From Trichoplax adhaerens (lineage: Eukaryota; Animalia; Placozoa), in the NCBI RefSeq assembly GCF_000150275.1, contig NW_002060961.1, positions 310,001-374,000 of the forward strand: DNA of 64,000 nucleotides. Reading direction: 5' to 3'. Shown piece by piece: positions 11,040 through 26,560 of the stretch (position 1 is the first letter of the stretch; each line of letters begins with the position of its first letter). Made by a program: the position numbers and the translations under genes. The notes under the pieces are model-generated. The model saw only the letters and a list, made by a program, of their open reading frames with translations. It was not told the DNA's origin and made no database searches.

Positions 11040-13965
11040 ATGCATTCTACATTCGTATTTCTATTACTATCGACTGCAGTACTAGTTACTACTGCTGATT
11101 ATTCTTTAACTATCCTGCACACTAATGACGTGCACGCTCGATTCGTTGAAGCAAACAGATTTGGTGGGAGTTGCAGCAGCTCAGATGCACAGAGTGGAAA
11201 ATGTTTTGGTGGTGTTGCAAGACGTGCAACTATGATCAATCAAATTAAAAGTCAAAGATCAAACGTCTTGCTATTAGACGGTGGGGATCAATTTCAAGGC
11301 ACATTATGGTTTTATGTCTACAAAGGATCTGCTGCAAGTTATTTTATGAATAAGCTTGGATACTCAGCTATGGTAAGACTGATGATTCAACTTTTTTAAT
11401 TTAAAACAGCTGCAAAGTATTCCAGAATTGATATAAGAATACCAAATCGCCTCTGCATACGGATACTCGAATATATCCATATTAATTGTAGTGGCTCTAT
11501 GATACAGGCCGTGAATTGTTTTTCTACAATCTTTCTAGAAGGTCAATCCCTTCCTTTTAGCGCTAAATTGCATTATGTAATCAGTATTAAGATGCACATA
11601 AAACTACCTTTCTCCTCTAGGCACTTGGAAATCATGAATTCGATAATGGCGTGCCTGGTTTAATACCTTTCTTAGAAAATGTAACCTTTCCGGTTCTATG
11701 TGCTAACGTTGATGGCAGTAAAGTCCCTCAGTTCAGCTCCAAAGTCAATAAATCGACTATTTTCAACGTAAATGGTCAAAATATTGGTGTTATCGGGTAT
11801 ATCACATCTGAAACACCGGATGTTTCCAACCCTGGCACCGATTTAGTTTTTAGCGATGAAGTTAAAGCAGTTCAAGCGGAAGCTACTAGATTGACTAACA
11901 TGGGAATTAAAATTATTATTGCTGTGGGACATGCTGGTAGGTCCTCAGTAGAAACCTTTTGTGATTCACTTTACACTGTAGCATAACAAAATATCTACCA
12001 ATATACGAGTATACGCATACATACAACTAAAAAGATAATGTCAAATATCGTAATATCATATGCAGAGGTGATCATGCTTCAACGCTGACTAAAATCTTCT
12101 CTAGATATAATCAGAAACCGGTACTTTGACTTGAGATAATTTATATCGTTTGATTACAAAAAATTATACCAGGCTTCACAAAAGACAAAGAAATTGCAGA
12201 TAAGGTCGTCGGTGTAGACATCGTGGTTGGTGGTCACACAAATACCTTTTTATACACCGGAACACCACCTTCAAATGAAATCCCACTGGACTCATATCCA
12301 ACCGTTATCAATCCAAGTTATGACACAAATAGGAAGGTTTTGGTTGTACAAGATTTCTACTTCGGCAAATACCTCGGTGACTTACAAAGTAATGCACGAT
12401 ATTATGCTACAAATTATCGTAATAATATTAACATTGTATCATGCTTGATCGTTTCCTTTTAAATTGAATGTAGTACCCCTTCCATCATTATAACTTGTAA
12501 TAAATTTCAATGTTAACATGATCAAGTATTCAGATAAAGAAATTGTAGAATCACATCATTCTCCAATATAATTTTTATTTACATGTTCATAGCTGTTTTC
12601 GATGACGACGGTGAGGTTAAATCCTTTGGGGGTAACCCAATTTTGCTAAATAGCTCAGTTGCTATGGACCCTACTATTAAAGGTTACGTCGATGAATTTA
12701 GTAAAGCCATCATAGCTCAAGGTAAACAAGAAATTGGCAAGGTAAGCAACCTGCTAGTGCGGCATATATAGAACTAGACTAACACTGTTGTACCTAGTCA
12801 AATCTCATATTTCAATACCACTTTATGATATTTTGATAAAATATATCGCTAACACCGTCGGTATTATATGGGGTCTGAAATTTCGTCAAAACGCGAACTT
12901 TATATACTAGACCTACGTATTTTTAGACGGCCAGAGAACAACTATTCGTCTCAGAGAATCCAATTTGGGCAATCTGTTTACTGATGCTATGGTTCATCAA
13001 TACTTAAGAAACCCAAGCTCGACGGCGTGGAATGATGTTGGTATTGCGTTATGTAATGGCGGAGGTATTCGAAATCCCATTGACGTAACCAGACCACCAG
13101 GTACAAGAACTGTATAATCGTTTACTCAATATCATATGTATGTTAGGAGCACACCTCATGCATAGCAATCCTTTTCGATATCAGCCTATCTGCAAATAAA
13201 AAGTGACTTCTACGTAATAAAATTTCAGGTATTGTTACGATGGAGGATATTTTAACTGTTTTACCGTTCCGAAATACCGTCGATGTCATCGAACTGCAAG
13301 GAATATTTCTAAGACAAGCCTTAGAATTATCTGTTAGAGATTACAACCCTGTCGATGCTCATGGGCGATTCTTGCAAATGTCAGGTAGAGTGCATTATAC
13401 ATTTATGCTTTGCATGCAGTATGCATACCCGTATACAATATACTCATACGCTATAGTCGTAGAATGCACGCAAAGCTTAAAAAATTTTTTAATAGCTATT
13501 ATATAAAAATAATCAGTTAAATATTATTGCCTGTAATCTTCGACTATTATAGGTGTACGGGTTGTTTATGATTTAAGTAAACCACCTCTAAGTCGGGTTA
13601 CTAAAGCGGAAGTACGTTGTACAAACTGCACCGTACCTGTATTCGTTCCACTTGATGACAAAAAATTCTACAAGATGGTTATTTCTTCTTTTATGGCTAA
13701 CGGTGGTGATGGCTATACCATGTTCCGCGATAACAGAACATCTTTAGTTTTAACTGGATTCTTGGATAGCGATGTTCTTGTTACTTATTTTAATAAACTA
13801 TCTCCAATAAGTATTGGTATTGAAGGACGTATTCGATTTATGAACGAAACCGGTACATCAAATCCCCCAACTAACCAGCCCTGCATTAATTCTGCCTCTG
13901 TCGCTTATCTTATGAGTAACATGATAATTCTCTTAATCTCGATTATATCGCTGTTGATATTGTAG
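11040..13965 (+). CDS. NT5E: Ecto-5'-nucleotidase (CD73-like), 7 exons, ~590 aa, predicted GPI anchor
   Basis: Exons 11040-11372, 11621-11936, 12173-12388, 12593-12741, 12911-13100, 13229-13384, 13553-13965 are all GT-AG and total 1773 nt in frame. Motifs LHTNDVH, DGGDQFQGT, ALGNHEFD, GGHTN, RESNLGN, NGGGIR, VLPF, FLQMSG, GGDGY. Signal peptide and hydrophobic C-terminal tail. Confidence 0.96.
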
Positions 13966-16900
13966 TCATGTAGGCAGCACTGACCGCATTTACTCTTTAA
14001 TTTCCGTACGGTTATTTTAATATTATGCCATTAACAGAATAAAAAAGCTAATCGTTGGTAGTACTGCTTATTATGTTTGTTAACTTCAGAATCGTTTATT
14101 GATTTTTACAAGTATTCCTGCTTTATCGTTATATTAATAATTATAATCAGTAATCTTTTTAAATATATTGTCATCAATCTTGCGCGATAGAGCAATATCA
14201 CCAATCATCATACTTGTATGGGTAAATACATATTATGCACCATTATAAGCAACAAGAAATTATACCGTTCTACATTCGCTACTTTTGTAGTTAAAATGTA
14301 TAATTTATGCGATATGTATCTAGTCAGTTACCGTTATAGCGCAATTGTTTCTCATAACTTGAACTTCTAGCTACTGTTACTTGATGCCATAGTATAGATG
14401 CAATTGTGGTTTTAAAACTTTATACGCATCAATTCGCATTAGATTACGGTTCTTTACCATATTAGCTTAATGTACGGTTCAACTCACATGTAATTTCTCA
14501 AAGTTATTTTTTGCTGTTATTGTATGTATTCCTCAACGCACAAACTTATAAATAAATTGTAACTTAAAACAGTCAATATGGTAGTCAGTATATTAAAGAA
14601 GTGAGTATTCTTTATATAAAAAAGGGTACATGTTAGTAAAGGAAGGACGAGGAATAGTTAATTCAGTTTAAAAATATCGCGGTATAATGTCACCACTTAT
14701 TTACTTAATGTTTCCCCTACAGTTTAATTTATAATTGCCATACAAAAAAAGAGAATAATTGAGGATGATCGGTTTAGAATCAGTAATGGACATATAATAT
14801 TATTATTTGTCCGTTTATTATGCCAATAATTCCTTACATTTGTTTAAAAACTAAATTGAAGAAACACAGCATAAAATATTTATTTGCGGAAGCAGTATGA
14901 AATACTAATAAAAGTGGACGAAAATTACCAACATAGGCTGTTAAATTTGATTAAAACTATAGAAACTAAAAATCATCTGTTGAAGAGAAACATCACAAAT
15001 TAGAATAAGGCATGCACGAAGCTACTATATCGTACTTATTTGATTTGTTAATTTACGCATCTACTGGAAGCCATATAAGAATCATAACCTGAAATCTGAA
15101 TTAAATTGCCGAGAATACTGAATCATAAAGTATTAGATAAAATTGGCAAATTCCAGTAATGCATTATTTCTTATTGTTATATTTGCTCTCAAATTAGGCA
15201 TTTGCATGTTGTCATTTACAATTAATTTGTGACAAGATCGACGAAAAATGAAGGTAATATGATTTGATGTCATTGATGTCTTTATTACTATTCAAAGCCA
15301 AAATTCTCCTTAGTTATTAGCTAGTAAATTGTTAAAGTTTTCATATCCTGCAGACATTTGATAGTGATTAATATTTATACTGTATGAATAATGACTGCAG
15401 ATTTGAAAGATGCGTCATCTAAAGATTTATACATAGGGTTATATCATGAATAACATTAATATCTTTACTAGCGATAAGTATCGACATTATCATGATTATT
15501 TACGTGCATTAATAAGTAAGTAAATGATCAATTTAGTTACCTAGCTACAGAAAAATGGATGATAGTTTTTGATTAACTCGTACAACGCTAATGTAGCATA
15601 TTTCATGTCTGTCTTCATTAAGTTATAATAGAAATCAAATGGTTTACCGTGCCAGTATAAAAAATAGACGATAATTCTAAGAGTTTAAAGCTATATAAAG
15701 GGTATGCTGTCTGTATCTGTTTTTACCATAAGATATCATGGATCTAAAAACGATTAATTAAGCTATTTAACGAGCGAAATCGATGATGATAATGTGAATT
15801 CAACGTCGAGATAGTATATTATTTTATGTCTGTTTTTACCATATATCATCATCGATCTAATACTACAATAGATTACAAGCATTGTTTAGCGTAAAGCATA
15901 TATTCAAATTAAAATAATTAGTTGACCAGCATAATTTGGGAAATTAAGCATGTTTGATTTATAATAAAGAATAGGATGGCAATCTACCGATCTTTGAGCG
16001 AGTATAGCATACTGAAAATATTATATGTACCGTATTAGGCATGTAATATAATGTAGTACAAGGGCTATTAATGGTAATTCGTTACTTTTACAACACCATA
16101 TTTTCGATAAACTTCGTAATTAAAATCAAGAGTATTATGCTGCTGAATTTGACGTAAATCTTAAAATTTCGATCTAATCATTAATTGTGGTAAGTAATAC
16201 TTTGGATTAATCATGGCGATTATGATGGGCCTAATTAATAATATGTTTTAAATTTAAAATCGTAATTAATAACCCTGGTATTAAGATAATCTAGCTATGA
16301 ATTTTCTTTTAATTTACAGTACATATAATTTGTGTTTATAAATTTAAAAAGCATAGACAGGTTATAGTATCTAAATATGTTGAAAATAAAACATTGTTAA
16401 TGCTATTAAGCATGACATGTATTGCCATTTATACAATTACACTGTAGTATACCTCTTTATTTTACGGAGATTTTCTCATTACCTTTATAATTAATTACAT
16501 CAGTGAGCGAAACGATGATGATTGATTGTGAATTACTTTTTCTCAATTTCTTGAAATAAATACGGTAACTATTAAGGCAAAAATCTTAATTTTATCTTTC
16601 AAGTACGATAGAACTCGTCTTATTACTTTTCATCAGCCAAGCTATGGTATTTTGCAAGTTAATAAGCTACATTAATTAAGATAAATAAAAAATTCAATAT
16701 TAACACCTTGAACATTTTATCGCCCTCTAAGCCCTCTGATCCCACTAAAATTGGACGTAATCAACACTGTTTAGTATTTCCATACCTTAGGTAGAGAGAA
16801 CTAAGATTTGAAAACCATGCTTGTACGTATTTGTCACTATTATTTCTTATACAATTCAATTTCTTTATCAATGCCTAAAATTTCTATGTCAGTATTTGCA

Positions 16901-19900
16901 ATATTGATACGGTAGCCTTAAAATCAATCAAGATTGGTATTATTTGTATCAATAGTTGAAGCGGTATTCAATCAAATTTACTTTACCATCGTCTGATAAT
17001 CTTGATATGATTCAATTACCTGATATGGTTAAGATCAATCATGATAAGTCTATAAACTTTAGCATATAATTTTAACCGTAAGGCTCTCGAATTTTTTATC
17101 AGAGGTCTTTTAGTTTTATCATTACGTAATAATACATTTTGATTTAACTGAGATCAATCAGAAACCGTAAAAAAATTTATGACGATGGTCGAATGATATT
17201 GATCAAAGTTTTTGATATTGCAATTAATAACTAGAAATGGTTATTAATTTGGGAGCTTCTATTTGGCAATAAAATACCAGTTTTCTATAAATAGCTATAT
17301 CGATCAAAGAGAATATATTTATGTAGTAAGAACTAAGAAAATATCGTATTATAAATTTGTAACTCATCTCACAAGAGCCATTAATAAATTATTATTGCGG
17401 GATAACTGTGAATCTCATAGATTTTAGTTCAGAATACTCTTAATCTGAGACAGCAAATAATTTGTTAGCTAATTGGGTAAAGAAGCTGCTCGTACACAAT
17501 TTAAGTAACACCATTTAGGGTAGTAAATTTTATCGAACCTCAACATCACTCAGGTATCTTATCATGTAAGTATGAACTGCCAGACATTTTTTAATTAGTA
17601 ACTATTTACTTTAAGCCTATACTTGCCATTAAGGCGATAGTATCATTTAATAAAAAGTACTATACGATAGACTACATAAGGTATCGTTTTAGAAATTAAT
17701 AAACTACCTTATTTCATTGTAAGAAATTAACATTACGACAATTACGAAATGATCTATTATTAATTATTAACTGTCTAAAAAAAACGAAAAATCGCGTTAT
17801 CTTATGTCGAATACCAGGCGTTACTAGAGATCTTGGTTGTATTTTATTAGATCCTTGCTATCGATGTGAAATTGATAAAACAAAGGTGATCAGAAATGCA
17901 GTAAAGCAGCTATATTGATAAAAGACAGCATTGTTTAATATCTTAATAAGGATGGGTTTAGAGCATTCATTCAAAATCAGATTCAAGTTATACTTATCCA
18001 GTTTCTTATTAAGGTCTTATAGTTAGTAATTCATTGAAATCTTAAACTGAGTAGAGCTCTCCGTTTCTTACGCTATTCCTATGGCTATACTTCATGCTAT
18101 TAATCACTTATTATCAATTGCAATATGATGCCTATCCAGAATATATCAATCACATATGATTTCACTACTACAGTATGTTATATTTCCAATTAAGATAGCC
18201 ACGACTTTAATTCGACTATATTCACAATAGACAGATGAAAATTATCATATTAACTAATAAAACAATAAACTTTTGGACATTTTTATATTAAATACGAATG
18301 TCATTTTTTTAAGTCGTCATGAAATTAATAAAGCATGGATCGATTTTTACGTATCCAAATGTACACAATATGTCTATATTAATAGCATTTACTTAGATCA
18401 CTACATCATTAAATTAGCTTAGTATATTTCACATTAGCTTTAATTTTGTGCAAGACTTCATGCATTATAAGTATAGAGCTAAGCTCAGACTATATTGATA
18501 GTTCATAAAGCTATTCACTGATTGCTTCATTATGAGCCTTATAGTATTATATTTCGCTATATCCTATTTTGAAAATAAAGTATAGTCAATATGATAGGAT
18601 TCAAGTTTATACATATACAGCGCGACTGTATCACACACAGGCTGTAGAATCAATGATTAATAAATAATGTCATGGACTTTTTATGATTTTAATTAACTAT
18701 TGAGTATTATTTGAAAAAGTAATTGATCAGTAGAGAAGCGATCGAATTCTAGGAAGTGTTTCTACTATCAAATAACTTTTTAGCTATCGATCAAAACTTC
18801 CTGATAGAAGGCTAGCGATAAATCAGCTATAATTGTTCGTGTTGAGACGATAAACAACTTCCATTTTGAACGTTTTAGGTCATAAAAGTTTTGAGCATGT
18901 ATTAATTGAAATGGTAGAAACAGTCTATTGGGATTGTTAGACAATAATAAATAGACAACAATAAATCTTGTGTAAATAAAATATCGGCAGGGCGGCGCCT
19001 AAGCTAGACAGAAGAAAAATACTACATTAACAGCTATCGGAAACAAAAGTCATTTATTGTTTTTAGTGGTATACCAGAAGAATAACAAGATTTTACACTA
19101 TGACAACACATAACTAATTTCAAGAAATAGATAGGGTGTGGCACCTCCGGAGTCGACATAAACAATTCGCTTATTAGTTTTGATCAGACTTAGCTAACAG
19201 TAAACAACAATAATTCTAAGTTGATAGTGTGGTAATATCGCCATTTTCCCATAGTTACAGATATAATAATACTATTAATAGCAATAATTAAGATTTGTTA
19301 AGACTAAATCTAACTTTAATGATTGTACCGATATTCATCTGTTGTCCATAATAACGATTATCATGGTTTGACATCCATTTTAGCATTATTCAATGTCCTG
19401 AATAATTTTCCGCTAGACTGGTACATATTAATGAAAAGTTGATAGCATTTAATTATCATTATTATTAATGGAAGCACCAGTCAGATTACGCAGACATGGA
19501 TCTATCATTTAGGATAGCCTATATCGTAGTTAAAATATATGTAGTATTATACCATCGCTTGATTTGGCTGATATCATGTGTCGACAGTGTAAAAGTTCTA
19601 TCGAGAGAAATTGGCACTGGCCTATAAAAAGTGCTCATCAAATTGATAAATTCGAGCTGTAGCCTTGCAACGCTAGCCTAAACGGGATGATACATGTAAT
19701 AAATAGCAGATGTAGTGTATACTTTATGAATGGGCCAGCGAAGTACATGTAAATTGGATTAGTCTATACTAGGGAAAAGTTTATTTATAAAATTGCAGTT
19801 TTAAAATTATATATTGGTTACAATAAACATGCTGATGCCTAGAATGACAGTGTTAGAATATTGTTGCATGCAAATTATCTTGTCAAGATCCTATTTTGTA

Positions 19901-20399
19901 AACTAGATCGACTTGGATAGCGTAACTATTGGCCATGCTATTATAAGATTATTTAGAAGGTCATAATACTAATCTAATTGATAACAATGGTAAAATAATA
20001 ATTGTTATTGAAAACAAGTATAAAATTTTGTCGTATATAGTATGCAAGGTGTAGTTGTCAATGATTGTTTAAAAAAGAAGGTGTAGAAGTAGTAATAAAA
20101 CATTGTCTGTCTAATTCTGAACTACTGTACACTGTACAGTAGATTACTGCAACTTTGCTTCAAAATAAAAATAGAATTAAGGGCCAATTCCGGTTACGAG
20201 TAGGTGGTTCACTTTCGGCGGAATAGAAGACAATCGCCAATCTGTAAGTTTTATTTTGATAATATAATACTCTAAAAATTAATCTACGTCAATTGACAGG
20301 TGAAAGTTTTTAATCGTATGACCCAACCGATCTACATCAGTGAAGAATTATTTGAAAATTGAACATTACACTTTTTGATAAGATTGCAAATCATGATTG

Positions 20400-23300
20400 A
20401 CGGCCGATATTGGCATCGGTGTATGGAGTCTTTATAAATGGGCCCCAAAAAGGGAAAATTATACTGTCGATAATTGGAATCGTATTGTCTGTACTGTATA
20501 TCTTGGGATAAGCGAATCCTATTTTGTGGTCATAAACATCATTGGATGTTGGCGCGTATCATACGATGAACTAGAATATTATTTCTTGAATTACCAGCTG
20601 TACTGTCATAGCAGCTTAGAAATAGAACGGCCATCGCTGGTATTATTAGCATAGTATGACGGATGATTAGGCATATTATTGCAGATGTAGGATAGGATAA
20701 GTTCGTCTTTTATTGTAGGGCATACTCTTACTACACCAAGTCATTCGATCCGTACAGGTCCATAGCATAATATACTCTCAACGCTAGGCTTTTCGATATA
20801 CCTAAATGCAATCATTAACTGCACCTATTTTTCATTGGGTAATATCTTCGTAGTGAAGACATTGACTGTATTAATTGACGATATATTTATCCAGTTTATC
20901 CAGTACCCAATAGGCATGATTTTCCCATCTCTCCATTTAGCTAGAATTGGATAGTTGAGCTAGCAATGTTTTTTACTAGAAAATATCCGACAGCGATCTC
21001 AAAATAGTGAACCAATAACTTTGAAGGGCTGATAACATGTAAGGGTACATGTTACAGTTTTGGTTGGCATCTATTTTGGGATAAGGGCCGGACTTTTTTC
21101 ACTACTTTGTAGGTATTGGATGGGTGAAATAGAACTGTCTTTGTAGAGTGTACGCGCATTGTAGTGGATATCAGCCATGTGCAAGAGACGCTCGATCTTG
21201 ACAGTAGACTAGATAGGGCCTATAGAAACAATCTATCATTAAGAGTCGAGTTTAAATTGATGGAGTAACAAGTATCGATCAATTTGTTGATGTAAGCATG
21301 GTAGAAGAGTAGTGTCAGAACGTGGAAACGTTACTGAGCCATTGGGGAGTGATTGAAGATGATGGGCATTCAATCATCTCCTACGAAACTAAAATAGTTG
21401 AAGGGGAGTTATCAGAACGCCATCAAAGGTGGTTGCTTGCATGGTTTGACAACTTTTCTATAAATGATTGCTGCTGATTTTAGCTTGGATCGTCTACTGG
21501 AAGGTGTTGGCACCTGCATGCATGAATGGCAGATGTCAGTCATCGATTGTAGTCCATGACGACGTTACTCTTAGCTGATGTTGATGTGATTGCCTGGACC
21601 GAGAAGAATACTGTAAGCGTGCAATTTAGTTTGCTTATTTCGTCTGTGTCTTATTGGAGATGTGCTTACATCAGCAGTTCTATCGGTCTAATAGAGGTAC
21701 TCAACGTGTAGTCAAGGATGGTATGTTGAATAGAGAGTATAGATCCTTATTAACTCTGTATTCAAGCCATCTTTGACAGCCGATGGATTGATTGATTATC
21801 ATCCTATTTCTATCCATATCAACTGGGTCTCCGCTGTAGTCGTTAGCAGGTGTCCAAATCAGCGTCCATTCATGTCACCTTGATGATGCTATTTGAACTC
21901 TTGGAGTTGTAGCAACGGTCTACTTAGCATCCATTTCAAGTTGCAATCTTTCCTTTAGCCGGTGATTGCGCTATTGACATACTAGTCATTACTAGCCATG
22001 CTTGAAGGACTGAATTTAATTGTACAAGTAGGCTTGCAAACACCTCGTTGACGATCAGGTGGTTGTTTGTTGGCAGATTGGCGCCTATGTCCGGGTGTCT
22101 CTCCACCGTCTGTTGAATTGACTTGTTCAATACTGGCAGAGTAGAGTAGAGTCGTCGACTACAGGGTGATCCTTTTGGTTGCACATTATTCAATAACTAC
22201 TGTCAATGCTTTGATATTGATGAAATGATGTCAAAAGTAGTTCAAACGATAGTGCACTGGTTGAAGATTTGAAATTTGTAGTTGATTTTTGTACTGTGCA
22301 ATAATGCAATGGAGTCCCACTAGAGTGGCCTGTAGAAAAGAGTGGACGGTGGCGTCCGTCCGTACCATGGGCGGCCACTAGAGACTTTAGTCGAGAGCCT
22401 GTATAGGACTACTAGTACACCAGTGTGGTCGTTATTGCGCTGTGTCCAGTGTCCACTGTCTTGGTCAAATCGAGCAATGAATGATTGTACAGATGCTGCA
22501 TTATGATGACTTATTCTCCAGCTGGAAATGTTGTTTTTCGACTATTGATGGATGATTGTATGCAGTGACAGAGAGATCAGACCGATGTTGAAAAAGGAAG
22601 ATTATCTTGATTGGAAATGTGCGCTGCTTCTTCTACCTGATGCAGTGATGGACATTGGACAGACGCTTCTTTTGTGCTCGACACCGCTGTCGACACTATT
22701 GTGTCTATAGTGTGGAGGAGGACGAGTCAATAGACAAAGTGTACAGTATACAATCTTGCACCTTGAACGCGTCCTAAATGGAACGTGTTGAAGCAGTACG
22801 GTCCGGTTCGGTGCGGTTTGGACCGGACCAGACAGGCAGGAATAGGCGTTTCCACGCCACTGACTACAGTCACTACAGTACGCACCTACAGTACAGTACA
22901 GTACTGTAGCTTCTGACTGGGTGTGTGCCTACAGTACTGTACTGCGTCCGCTAGACCGGTTAGCCTACAGTGTACAGTGTACAGTATTCCAATCAAGAAT
23001 TGAACTGGCCATCGTGGCGTTGTACTGTATTAGTAGTCCGCCTACCCATTGTAATTCAAGTCTGTGGCTAGATAGGCCAAAAATAAGATCGACCTTTTTC
23101 TTCCATTGGTGAATATTTTCAACGTAGATCATCATCGTTTGTCTTGGACTGGTGAAGACAACATTTTCATCAGCGTCAAGTTGTTCAAGTCATTGGCAAA
23201 GGAGAGATATCCAAGCAGAAAGGACTTGCATCCAGAAATACTCTACTCTAGTCTGCAGGTAACTTATTTTATAGCCCCCCTTTTCAAACAATGCTTTTAG

Positions 23301-26300
23301 CCGATATTGTTAAGCGGGTCAATGGATGACGACGCGAACTACCCAAGACCAACGGTTGAGTGGATCATTTCCGTTGTTGATCATTATTTTTTTCCAACTT
23401 GAAGATCGCCTAGTCCGATCAGTGCTATCCAACCAATGAAGCAATGCATGACTAGGGAAAGAGGGTTGATTGTTGCCATGGACATCACCAATTGAATGTG
23501 GAATGGATGTTCTCTTGGACGTAGATTGTAGCGTATTATTGAAAGTCAGTCCAACCATAAACAGCCAACAGTAGAGAACACAAGTCTACCACTCGCAGTC
23601 AGATAGCACAACGTCCACCAACAAGGACGTCCAATGGAGACAACAAAATCGATCCTCATCGTCTACACTTGTTGTGCAACACAAACTACTATAATCAGTC
23701 AATATCAATCGTTGCCTATTAGGTACTCATTTGCAGTTCAAAATGGCACAGTTTAGTCTATGCTTTGGACTCGGCCAATGCGATAGTACAGTATGGACAA
23801 GCGTTGACAGCGAGATAAACCATTTGTTGCGATAGCGATTGTTGTAGTCGACTACCGTCATGGCCCAGGCTAGGCGATTAGTCTTGTTGCATCTGTCCAT
23901 CATGGAACAACATTTTACCTTGATCATCGGGTCCCCCCCCCCCCCCAAAAAAATGTTGATCATCCATTGCACCATAGTACAACAAGTGCTAGGCAAAATG
24001 ATCGATACGTGTCCATCAGTAGAAAAGTCACCTACAATCAACAACATGATGGTGTTGAGATGGAGACGCCATCAGTACAATCGATAGAGTCTTTCTTGAA
24101 CCTTGTTTTCCTAACTCGATCCTTTTGTTCATGTTGAATGTCATCGACTGGATGCTGAACAGATACAGTACACTTTCATATAAAGGATTTAGTATTGTAT
24201 CATCATCGGAGAGAAAGAATTAGAATAATTGTTATACCTCCTGTTGGGTAAGATGATCCCTCAAAATGGCCAATTTGTACAAGCCTGCAAGTGGATGATT
24301 GAGAAATCAATGACCTATCGAGTTTAAAGTACATTTGATTGAATAGCCTTGCTGTAAAATGAATTTAACAACTGCTTCACTCAATTCTCTCTCATTCTCT
24401 TTGACCATGATGATTCCATGCGTTACCATTGGGTCAATACTGTACAATCTTTCTTCAACGAGTTGAAAGTTTCTACTATCTTGTGTACAATATCCCCTAA
24501 AAGACAGCACCACTTGCCTTTTACCCTACACGGTGCCACAACATTATTCTCTTTCCATCCATGACTAGGCTTCACCAATACCGCAGTGAAAGATATCAAC
24601 CATAAACTCATTCCATCCCAAACTACAAGGGCCAACCTGCTTCGTATCCACTTGACTTGAACGACAGTAAACCAACATGTTGACCAGTAAGACAAGGATC
24701 GCTACAACCGAGCCTACTGGCACTGTCCAATGTTTTCATCGGTAAAATTGGATCTTGTCAATCGGACTTGAAAAAGTTCAGTAATAGCTACTGATTGATG
24801 CCATAAAAGAAAATCACTCCACTTAGGCTTACAATTCAGTTTTATTCTAGGATTGACGTTGGCTAGAATACTTTGCTTTTCCTTCTTATCATCATCATCA
24901 TTAGCGGTCTTCAAAATGACACAATCTGATTTGAAGCCATACTTCTGTATGTACAGTACACTGTCTTGTATAGAGCCCGAGTCCAGTGGCCAAACCCAAA
25001 TGGAATACTACTGTAATTCCATCGTTGTCCTATTCTCAATTATTCCTTTAGAGTGATCACTTTAATGAATTACTTTGACCGAACGGTTAGCCAACTGCCA
25101 CGAGTCATAGCGTTGCGGTACCGGCGTAGGAGAGGTTGAAAATTGAATTAGGATTGAATACTCAACGCACGACGATGTACACCCCCCGGCCCGGCTGTAG
25201 AATGCAAGTCAATTAGACTACACTGCTCCTGTACATTTCAATCAAGATGGACTGCTTACAGTATATGCAAAAAAGGATTATTCTTCCATGATGGTATCCT
25301 TATCCACATGCAACCATTCAGATCGCTACTGATTGATTGTCAAGCGAAATGGTTGCATATCCATTTTGATTTTGGACAGTGGTAATGCTATTGATATCCT
25401 CCCTGCGGATGGTAGTATCAATTGTACTGCAATGAGTTGTTGATTTAAGCAAAAAGGAATGGTATGGATGTTTTAAAATTGGTATTGAATACGCACACAT
25501 AGGGCATGACATACTGACCCTGCTCATCAAGACATCATCGTTGGGTCCATTTTGCCTTTTACTTTGCGTAAAATGGACAACTGGATTTTGGGGGGGCTTC
25601 ATTTCTTTTGTTATTACCTTCATAATGAAAAGGGAGAAAGATGATGATGATGATGGTAGCTGTATGGCATATTGTACTGTCATACCAATTGTAGTTTGCT
25701 TGTACATGTACAATATCAACGTATCCAATTCATTATTGTATAGGAATAAGTAATTTGAAAAATTGACTGAACGTTGTGACAATTTTCCATTAGCCAATAT
25801 CAGCACTTTAATACCGATCTTGAGACAACAACGTATATATACGTACAGGCTTGAACTAATCATTAATTAAACAAGACTTTTTACTGTATCCATGTTGTCT
25901 TTACATTACGTGATTCAATACAAGGAATATCTTATTGACATGGTCGTATTTGAATTTTTCAACACCGTTTCTACACGATGATAATAATGACAAGAGCGAT
26001 AGTGGCCTACCCCAAGATGGCGTTTTCAACAAATGCTGTCATATCGCTCAAAGTGGACATTGCAGTTGACTACAAATGCTCGTCTACTGTAGGTACAATA
26101 TCGTAGCATTGAACAATGTTACTTTTAGGCGTACACCTCTTCATTATCCAACAAAACTATACCGTGACTAGATTGATTATTGGGAAAAGATTTGCATTTG
26201 TAGTTGCAATCAGTCATGATTGCCTCTATGGGTTATGATTGATGATAGGGTGCTACAGTAGGCATCAACGTTGGGTAGTTCGACATCTATCGTATACGGT

Positions 26301-26560
26301 GGACACTGGATATCATCCTAGACGTACAGGATGTTACAACATTCTTTTGAGACTGTTGACTATTTTGTGAATGTCGAGAGATACGCTGTTTGACTTTAGC
26401 ACACGATGATTTTTCCATTTTTACCTGAGGTCTATCAAGTTCACTACTCAAAGATCATGGATGTGTTATTCTGTTCACTTTTCCTGTCCAGTTGTCGTTG
26501 TTGGATTGTATCATTTTCAGGCACTCTTGGAAAGTAAGTACAGTACAGTACTTATACAGT
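20400..26560 (-). pseudogene. Decayed coding-like sequence of unknown identity (pseudogene(s) or old inserted element)
   Basis: GC is higher than in the flanks. Long minus-strand frames are broken by scattered stops (about 22480-21936 and 24700-24240), and exon-like pieces bounded by AG/GT occur at 25700-26420. No family recognised. Confidence 0.3.

Noticed and set aside
14000-20100. Long AT-rich spacer searched for tRNA, ncRNA and exons
   Set aside because: Nothing recognisable beyond small local duplications (e.g. 15700-15860).
21870-21975. SPAKGKIAT / WMLSRPLLQLQEFK resembling MutS domain III
   Set aside because: The match is short, needs a frame change, and no MutS ATPase motifs lie nearby.
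20400-26560. In-frame stops explained by an alternative genetic code or RIP-like C-to-T mutation
   Set aside because: Every stop codon is one C-to-T step from a Gln or Arg codon, so this is uninformative. All three stop types and frameshifts occur.
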